In this document: in pieces, positions 58,215 through 64,000 of the stretch
Layout of the letters: each line of letters opens with the position of its first letter
Position numbering within the stretch: position 1 is the first letter of the stretch
The notes under the pieces: generated by a model
Told to the model about the DNA's origin: nothing
What the model saw: the letters and a program-made list of their open reading frames with translations, nothing else
The model's database searches: none
Assembly (NCBI GenBank): GCA_020427005.1
Contig: JAGQOY010000001.1
Span: 65,716-129,715 of the forward strand
Direction: 5' to 3'
DNA length: 64,000 bases
Source: Planctomycetales bacterium
GTDB lineage: Bacteria > Planctomycetota > Planctomycetia > Pirellulales > Pirellulaceae
Made by a program: the position numbers and the translations under genes

Positions 58215-58286
58215 GTGTGAGTCGCACGGGACGTATAGAGTGTTTTCAGGGAAATCATTGAACAAATAGGCGAAAATACGCTACTC

Positions 58287-59072
58287 TTATGTGAAATGCG
58301 CTCTAGGACCGGCACTTGGTGACCAATCGAGATTATAGAATTGGCTCAGCAAGTCATAGACCTCAGGCCATTCCAGTTTGAGTTGGTAGGGAGCCTGAAA
58401 AAAAGTTTCGCTGCAGACAGCGAAAAACTCGGCCTGATTACTTGCCCCATAGCAATCTAAAATTGATGGCTGCCTGTTACTGCACAAACTCGCCAACCGC
58501 TCTCTATCACGGTGCATTACTTCAAGCCAGCGTTCGGCAAATGGCACCGATTCTAATACGGGAACGCCATCAGCATGCGCTCCGTTTTGCATATCCAGCT
58601 GGTGTGCAAACTCATGAATGACGACATTGCTGGGTAAACGCCGCTCTATGGTTTGTTCCAACTCATCCCAGGCTACTATTACGGGGCCACCGGCCCATGC
58701 CTCCCCGGCTCGAGTGGATTGGTACTCGAGGACCATGCCACCCACATTTTCACGAGCTGGAGCTACATATGCAGTAGGGTAGACCAGGATCGAAAGTACT
58801 TTGTCAAAGTATTCGAGTGCGAGTCCGAGCGTCATAACCGCCATCTGAGTGGCAATTGAAACGCGATGCAAATCATGTAACTTCAATCCATTGCAGCCTT
58901 CCCAATTTTTTTCAGCGACAAAACACTGTACCTTCGCTCCCAACAACTTGCGGTGATTATCTGTGAGCAGTTCGTAGAATGGGATCGCATGTGAAATTAT
59001 CGTTTCCCATCCTTCAGGCAATGGCTTGCTAGAGAGAATTCGTCGGCGGTACCCCCTCCACCATTGCCACAT
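58287..59072 (-). CDS. mtfA: MtfA-like zinc-dependent peptidase (M90 family)
   Basis: FVAEKNWEG, ILVYP, GEAW..GPVIVAW, NVVIHEFAHQLD, YGASNQAEFFAV. Confidence 0.9.
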   Translation of the reverse strand: MWQWWRGYRRRILSSKPLPEGWETIISHAIPFYELLTDNHRKLLGAKVQCFVAEKNWEGCNGLKLHDLHRVSIATQMAVMTLGLALEYFDKVLSILVYPTAYVAPARENVGGMVLEYQSTRAGEAWAGGPVIVAWDELEQTIERRLPSNVVIHEFAHQLDMQNGAHADGVPVLESVPFAERWLEVMHRDRERLASLCSNRQPSILDCYGASNQAEFFAVCSETFFQAPYQLKLEWPEVYDLLSQFYNLDWSPSAGPRAHFT

Positions 59073-59242
59073 GGTTGATCACCTCACAAGCAAAAGGAAT
59101 GGAGTTTGGTGCACGACACGATGCATAAGAGGGACGATAGATCGTCTGGGATGTGCAACTGATAAGTTCCAAGAATTTGTGCTTCCATGACACAACACAG
59201 CAGCACAAATTCAGTTGATCGACAACGCACAAGAACTCAGCG

Positions 59243-59878
59243 TTATTTGATTGGCCAGATCTTGATTTCATCCAGTGTTAGATAGGCGCCGCGAGCTATG
59301 AATCGATAGTTGGGTTTATCTACATCCAGTGAATCATGTGAAGCGGAAAGTTGAACTCCTGAATCCGTTTGCACGATAACATCTTTGCCCTTCATCTCAA
59401 CCTGCAAAGTGTGCCATTTCTCCGGTTCAAAATTCGTTTTGGCCGTAGCCAACACTTGCACTTTGGAATTAGGATCTTTCTTGTCCTTATCCAGCTGAAT
59501 GGAGATTGTCTTAGGGGTTACCACAACGCGGAACAAGTGCCCGCTTTTATGGTTCAGGCTCAAGTGCATGCCGTCAGTAGAGCCTTCCACACGGAAAGCA
59601 AAACGGATGATCGAATTGCGATTGGGAAGTTGGTAACTCAATACGGCTGCGTGCTTGTCGGATTCCAATTCCTTGCCACGCAAGACACCGTTTTCAACCT
59701 GCCAATCGCCCTTGACCGTTTGCCAAGGCTTGTCCATTGCCCGCTCAAAGGGCTCACTGACACTGGGATTGTCTAGTTTGTTTACTAGCTTCGGTGGCAT
59801 TTCCACTGCTTGTTGAGCGAGAGATAAAGACGAACAAACACATAAACACATGGATAACAATGCAAATGCTGGCCGCAT
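59243..59878 (-). CDS. Exported hypothetical protein, concanavalin A-like/LamG-like beta-sandwich
   Basis: Signal peptide; KGDWQVENGVL, HAAV, EKWHTLQVEM..., LDEIKIW pattern. Confidence 0.7.
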   Translation of the reverse strand: MRPAFALLSMCLCVCSSLSLAQQAVEMPPKLVNKLDNPSVSEPFERAMDKPWQTVKGDWQVENGVLRGKELESDKHAAVLSYQLPNRNSIIRFAFRVEGSTDGMHLSLNHKSGHLFRVVVTPKTISIQLDKDKKDPNSKVQVLATAKTNFEPEKWHTLQVEMKGKDVIVQTDSGVQLSASHDSLDVDKPNYRFIARGAYLTLDEIKIWPIK

Positions 59879-59929
59879 TTTTGGTTTTCCTGAATAAGAG
59901 CAGCTGATTTCATCACGGGTCGGAATGGG

Positions 59930-60640
59930 CTATCTCGACTCGGACCTCAAAGTCTCTTCAATGACTCGAATAACATCCTTGGCGAGAATATCGTAGCCTT
60001 CTTTGGTGAAATGCACATTCTTGGGTAGCATTATCTTGTCTTGCTGACCCTTTACCAACTTGTACATATCGTGGATGGGAATGTCATTTTCCGCCATGAC
60101 TTTGGCGGCAATCTCATTGTACTTGGCAGCGTCACCTACAACACGTCCCGCCGCACCCTCGGGAACTGGTGTTGTGTTTCTCCATATCAATTTCGCACCA
60201 GTTGCTTTCAGTTGAGAGACTAACTCACGCAAGTTCTTTTCGTATTCGTCGGGAGGGACTTGCTGATGATTCTTGGGGTCTACCGGATCTTGGAGATTGG
60301 TTCCATCGGGGCCCATATACTTCAGATCATGAAGTCCCCAATTAAAATGGATCACATCCCATCGACTTTCACCTAACCATTCGTGTAATGATTTTAGACC
60401 GTTAATTGTAGGGCCACAGTTGGTGGCCGGCCTATGCACATTTGCTTTTCCAGACATCCCGTCACGTACAGGTACGGTATAGCCAATTGAAATGGAGTCG
60501 CCAATCAACAACACTCGTGGTAACCCGTCAACATCTTGGACCTTTTCATAGGCAGGGTTTACACGTCGGTTTTGCTGAGCGACCAAGCTGCTAGGCAGTA
60601 CCATGCCGATGATCAATAGAAATCCAGATAAATAGCGCAT
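59930..60640 (-). CDS. SGNH/GDSL hydrolase family protein
   Basis: LIGDSISIGY, FNWGLHD, NVHF. Confidence 0.9.
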   Translation of the reverse strand: MRYLSGFLLIIGMVLPSSLVAQQNRRVNPAYEKVQDVDGLPRVLLIGDSISIGYTVPVRDGMSGKANVHRPATNCGPTINGLKSLHEWLGESRWDVIHFNWGLHDLKYMGPDGTNLQDPVDPKNHQQVPPDEYEKNLRELVSQLKATGAKLIWRNTTPVPEGAAGRVVGDAAKYNEIAAKVMAENDIPIHDMYKLVKGQQDKIMLPKNVHFTKEGYDILAKDVIRVIEETLRSESR

Positions 60641-60805
60641 GACATGAGTCCGAGGTTAAAGTGCGTAGATTATTTGCAAACTCAAACTGCTTATCGTACT
60701 AAAAAGTCGACAACGCCGTGTGGCTAAACGTGTTTGAACGGACACTTCTCCGCGAACTACGCCACAATCTTTCACGGCAATGTACCTCACGAACCGAGAA
60801 GAAGA

Positions 60806-60851
60806 GCCCTACCCGCTCGCGTTGCTCGCGACCTTCCCAAATTGGGAAGGT
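60806..60851 (+). repeat. REP-like double hairpin, family 2
   Basis: ccctacccgctcgcgttgctcgcg followed by ACCTTCCCAA-A-TTGGGAAGGT. Confidence 0.55.
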
Positions 60852-60995
60852 AAGTTTTGGAAATTTGCTAACTGCAATCTATAAGTACACCAACCGCAGT
60901 ATTTCAATATCCCGCTGGCCCTCAAGAAGTGGCCGGGTAAGAGGGCAAGTCGCCTTTGCTGTTGGGTAGCATAATGTTAGTAACGTATCTGAAAT

Positions 60996-62645
60996 TCATG
61001 TTGTCGAAATCCATCCCCAGTGTTGCATCAACTGCATGATCCATGGCGAAGTCCAAGGGTTATCCCAGGGGTAATTGGCAGAAAATAGGCTAATCGCAAG
61101 CAAGGCACATACGATGGTCCAGACAGGCTTGGACCGAATTTCACGCAGTCCGTGGATAGCCAACCATACCCACAGCGGTGTTAGCCAAAATGCCCAACGA
61201 AATCCGCTGGAGACACCTCCATAATTGCGATCCTCTAGCGGGCGTGCGAGATAGAAGCCGATCGAGACACAGCTGGTGGCCGTAATGGCCAGCATGAGCC
61301 ATAAACGTGGCTGTAACCATAGAAAAGAGCCACGAGCCCTGTGAGTCCATATACCAACTGCGCCTAGTAACGATACGCACCAAAAGGGAGTCAAGCTGAA
61401 AATCCCATGGTGTCCGATAAGGCAATGCACGATGTAGATGCCACGATTGGGCTCGCCTCTATCAACTCCCTGCTTGCGTTGCGAAGTCCAATAGCTATTG
61501 GGATAGTCATACCAATCTCGCCACTCATAGACTCCGATTTGATTGTTTGCATCCATCTTCAGCCCCCACCGCTGCTGGCTGCGTGGATCAAATAACTCGA
61601 AAATGCCGTCTCGTCGCCCCCTTCGCAATTGGCTCTCTGTCGAGCATGCGATGCCCTGCTTCATTAGACTCGCTACCAGCTGTTCAGGAGTGGCTTGCGA
61701 TAATTCAATTTGCAGTTCTTCTAGCGTACACAGTTGTTTTCCTAGACCGCGATGAGCGTATGCAGGGGACCATTCTCCATGGGCCAAGTAGTTCGATAGG
61801 AAAAAGGCAATAGCAACCGGCAGCAAGCTTGGAGCATAGACAGTCAGTGTTTGACGCGGATACAGAACGATCAGCAAACCTCCTGCGGCAGCAAGCCAAC
61901 TCAGTGCGGGCAGTTCGTTGGCGGCCGCGAAACTTGTAGCCAATCCACACACTGCAAACCACCACCACTTTGCGTCTTGCAGAACCAGAATTTGGTACAG
62001 CGCCCATAGACTCACCGCGACAGCAATGGCCGCCGGCAAATGGTTATTGAGCGTATTCGCAAACGTAGATAGAAAAGTCCCACATCCCAAAAATAATGCT
62101 AAAACGTTCAGGCCGAGAGTACCTAGATTCTCGCGTTCGGCCAATCGCATCAATAAATACCACATTGCAATCCAGGGAATTAGATTCACAACCACCAGCA
62201 TGATCTTGGCGATCGCAAAAGTGTCCTGCATGATGGAAAGGCCCGTTAATTGCCTGATACTTAGGTAAACGCCTGTAAAGATGGTGGGAAGCAAAGGCGG
62301 TTTGCTACTGTAATAATGCTGCTGTCCATCTTGTCCTCGATGGCGAACAAGATCGATCGTGTACCAAGTGCGACGACGGGATTGCGGATCTCGCAACTCA
62401 ATCACGTCATCAATTTCATAGTTTCCCTGTATTGCTAAGGCTGCAATAGTACACCAGCGACTCCTGTCGTTGGCGCTATGAAACGGGACTTCGCCCGTTG
62501 CAGAGTGTACGTTTAGAACGCGAATTAGTTGGAGCGCCAATGTCAGCAGTCCGATTCCCCATACACTCCACGGCAACCGACTAGCTCCACGAGGATTATT
62601 GTTGATCGTTTGAGGATGCGAATTGACCAATGCACTAGCTTCCAT
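60996..62645 (-). CDS. Polytopic membrane protein, probable GT-C-type glycosyltransferase
   Basis: Many hydrophobic segments; SANDRSRW in the first loop, YSSKPP, NNH, ELP; overlaps the upstream GT2 stop by 11 nt. Confidence 0.7.
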   Translation of the reverse strand: MEASALVNSHPQTINNNPRGASRLPWSVWGIGLLTLALQLIRVLNVHSATGEVPFHSANDRSRWCTIAALAIQGNYEIDDVIELRDPQSRRRTWYTIDLVRHRGQDGQQHYYSSKPPLLPTIFTGVYLSIRQLTGLSIMQDTFAIAKIMLVVVNLIPWIAMWYLLMRLAERENLGTLGLNVLALFLGCGTFLSTFANTLNNHLPAAIAVAVSLWALYQILVLQDAKWWWFAVCGLATSFAAANELPALSWLAAAGGLLIVLYPRQTLTVYAPSLLPVAIAFFLSNYLAHGEWSPAYAHRGLGKQLCTLEELQIELSQATPEQLVASLMKQGIACSTESQLRRGRRDGIFELFDPRSQQRWGLKMDANNQIGVYEWRDWYDYPNSYWTSQRKQGVDRGEPNRGIYIVHCLIGHHGIFSLTPFWCVSLLGAVGIWTHRARGSFLWLQPRLWLMLAITATSCVSIGFYLARPLEDRNYGGVSSGFRWAFWLTPLWVWLAIHGLREIRSKPVWTIVCALLAISLFSANYPWDNPWTSPWIMQLMQHWGWISTT

Positions 62646-63636
62646 GATCTAAGGATTGTCGACCGGTCCCTTGCGAATGCGTATCTTCAGCTAAACTATA
62701 CGGACTTTGCGTGGGGCGATTTTGGGCAGTTATCAACTCCGCAATAAATCCGATCGAGATAAGTTGTACGCCAAGCAAAATAGCGAGAATGCAGTAGTAA
62801 AAGACGGCTCGGCTATGCAGATGAATATCTGGCATGTCGGTTAAACGGCTTACTACCCATAACATGGTCAGACTGCACAGGCCAGCGCTACCCAACAAGA
62901 AACTTGACAGGCCAATAGTACCTAGCAAGTGTTGGGGACGATTTCCGAAGCCAGTAAGGAATTTTACGGTTAACAAATCCAAAAATCCTTTGACAAAACG
63001 TTCGAGACCGTATTTGCTGACCCCGTGCATGCGAGGATGGTGTTGAACGATCATTTCCGATACTCGAAACCCGCGTGCTGCTGCCAAGACGGGTACGAAT
63101 CGGTGCATTTCTCCGTAGAGCTGGATTTCTCGGATGACATCCCGCCGATAAGCTTTTAAGCCACAGTTGTGATCATGTAGTCGTACGCCAGTCAGCCAAC
63201 TGATCAACCAATTGAAAATTCTACTTGGAAGGACTTTATGCCAAGGGTCGTGCCGCACTTGCTTCCAACCCGTAACGACATCAAAGCCTTCATTCAGTTT
63301 GCTTACGAGTTTCGGAATCTCGGCAGGATCATCTTGTAGGTCGGCATCCATGGTAATGATGACCTGTTCGTCGCAACGTCTTGTGCCCGCGGCATCGAAT
63401 CCGGCTGCCAATGCTGCGGCCTTGCCAAAATTGCGTCGCAATCGCAAGCCTTGTATTCCGGGCCGTTGCGATGCTAACTGTGCAATATGTTTCCATGAGT
63501 CGTCTCGGGAACCGTCATCTACAAAAATAATTTCGTGTTCATAGTTCGATTCCTGACAAACGGATTCAATTCTGTGAGCTAATTCCTGCAGGCTATCTTG
63601 TTCATTGAATACGGGCACGACTATGGTAATCAACAT
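62635..63636 (-). CDS. Glycosyltransferase family 2 (polyprenol-phosphate glycosyltransferase, DPM/ArnC-like)
   Basis: VVPVFNE, DDGSRD, RRNFGKAAAL, MDADLQDDP, HRFVPVLA; two C-terminal transmembrane helices. Confidence 0.93.
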   Translation of the reverse strand: MLITIVVPVFNEQDSLQELAHRIESVCQESNYEHEIIFVDDGSRDDSWKHIAQLASQRPGIQGLRLRRNFGKAAALAAGFDAAGTRRCDEQVIITMDADLQDDPAEIPKLVSKLNEGFDVVTGWKQVRHDPWHKVLPSRIFNWLISWLTGVRLHDHNCGLKAYRRDVIREIQLYGEMHRFVPVLAAARGFRVSEMIVQHHPRMHGVSKYGLERFVKGFLDLLTVKFLTGFGNRPQHLLGTIGLSSFLLGSAGLCSLTMLWVVSRLTDMPDIHLHSRAVFYYCILAILLGVQLISIGFIAELITAQNRPTQSPYSLAEDTHSQGTGRQSLDHGS

Positions 63637-63682
63637 ACTTGGTCTTTCGATTCACAGCTCTTACAGAATTGTTTTGCGTAGC

Positions 63683-64000
63683 TCATTCGTTCGTAACTGC
63701 GGTGCTATTCGGTGGCTGGTGGCTCCAAGCTCGTCTTCCTAATAATAACCCAAACAAGCCGGCCATCGTAACTTCCGTAGCCAACCAGACGACACGCAGC
63801 CATACGGCGGCACACAATGCGGCGATAGGGCCTACCACGGGAGTCAAGACTGCGGATAGCACTACTTCGCGCACTCCTGCTCCACCGGGAACCATGGACA
63901 CAAATCCCAGTACGACGGCTAGACCGCAGGCGGCAACGCAACTGAGAGTCCAGATGTAGATTACAGCAAGGTTACTGGGATCGTCGTTTTTTACGAATCC
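63683..64000 (-). CDS. Lysylphosphatidylglycerol-synthase-TM / flippase-like membrane protein, C-terminal part (starts beyond the window)
   Basis: PGGAGVRE motif within hydrophobic helices, LRVVW; lies directly upstream of the GT2 gene. Confidence 0.75.
   Translation of the reverse strand, partial: GFVKNDDPSNLAVIYIWTLSCVAACGLAVVLGFVSMVPGGAGVREVVLSAVLTPVVGPIAALCAAVWLRVVWLATEVTMAGLFGLLLGRRAWSHQPPNSTAVTNE

Noticed and set aside
1-64000. tRNA or rRNA genes
   Set aside because: No cloverleaf with a T-loop GTTCRA in proper context and no rRNA-like segments were seen; the GGTTCG hits belong to REP hairpins.

Overview
This 64-kb window looks like chromosomal DNA from a planctomycete, probably Pirellulaceae-like. 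That is an inference from a Planctomycete-extracellular N-terminal motif with a dockerin-like repeat, a DUF1501 gene, several sulfatases and a PVC-type redox module. About 39% of the window is two giant exported proteins. One is a 5'-truncated >3100-aa Calx-beta/cadherin-like adhesin ending in a metzincin motif (1-9432). The other is a 5138-aa RHS/YD protein (26544-41960) whose vWA domain is interrupted by an apparently circularly permuted ~1600-aa repeat array; it carries a 207-aa toxin-like tip and has no adjacent immunity-type ORF. Between them is a mobile-DNA hotspot (about 9.6-16.9 kb). It holds an intact REP-associated tyrosine transposase (RAYT) flanked by its REP hairpins and with a REP doublet inserted in-frame in its own coding sequence, two decayed RAYT copies, the 3' end of a class C-like group II intron, a possible FAM78-like protein and a Tat-type GMC oxidoreductase. 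A sulfatase/glycoside-hydrolase cluster follows. The right third is mostly ordinary: cold-shock protein, yqgE, pdxH, DUF1501, ALDH, hydrolases, a copper/heme redox pair, mtfA and a membrane glycosylation operon. I found no tRNA, rRNA or CRISPR array. All family calls come from motif recognition by eye; no database search was run.
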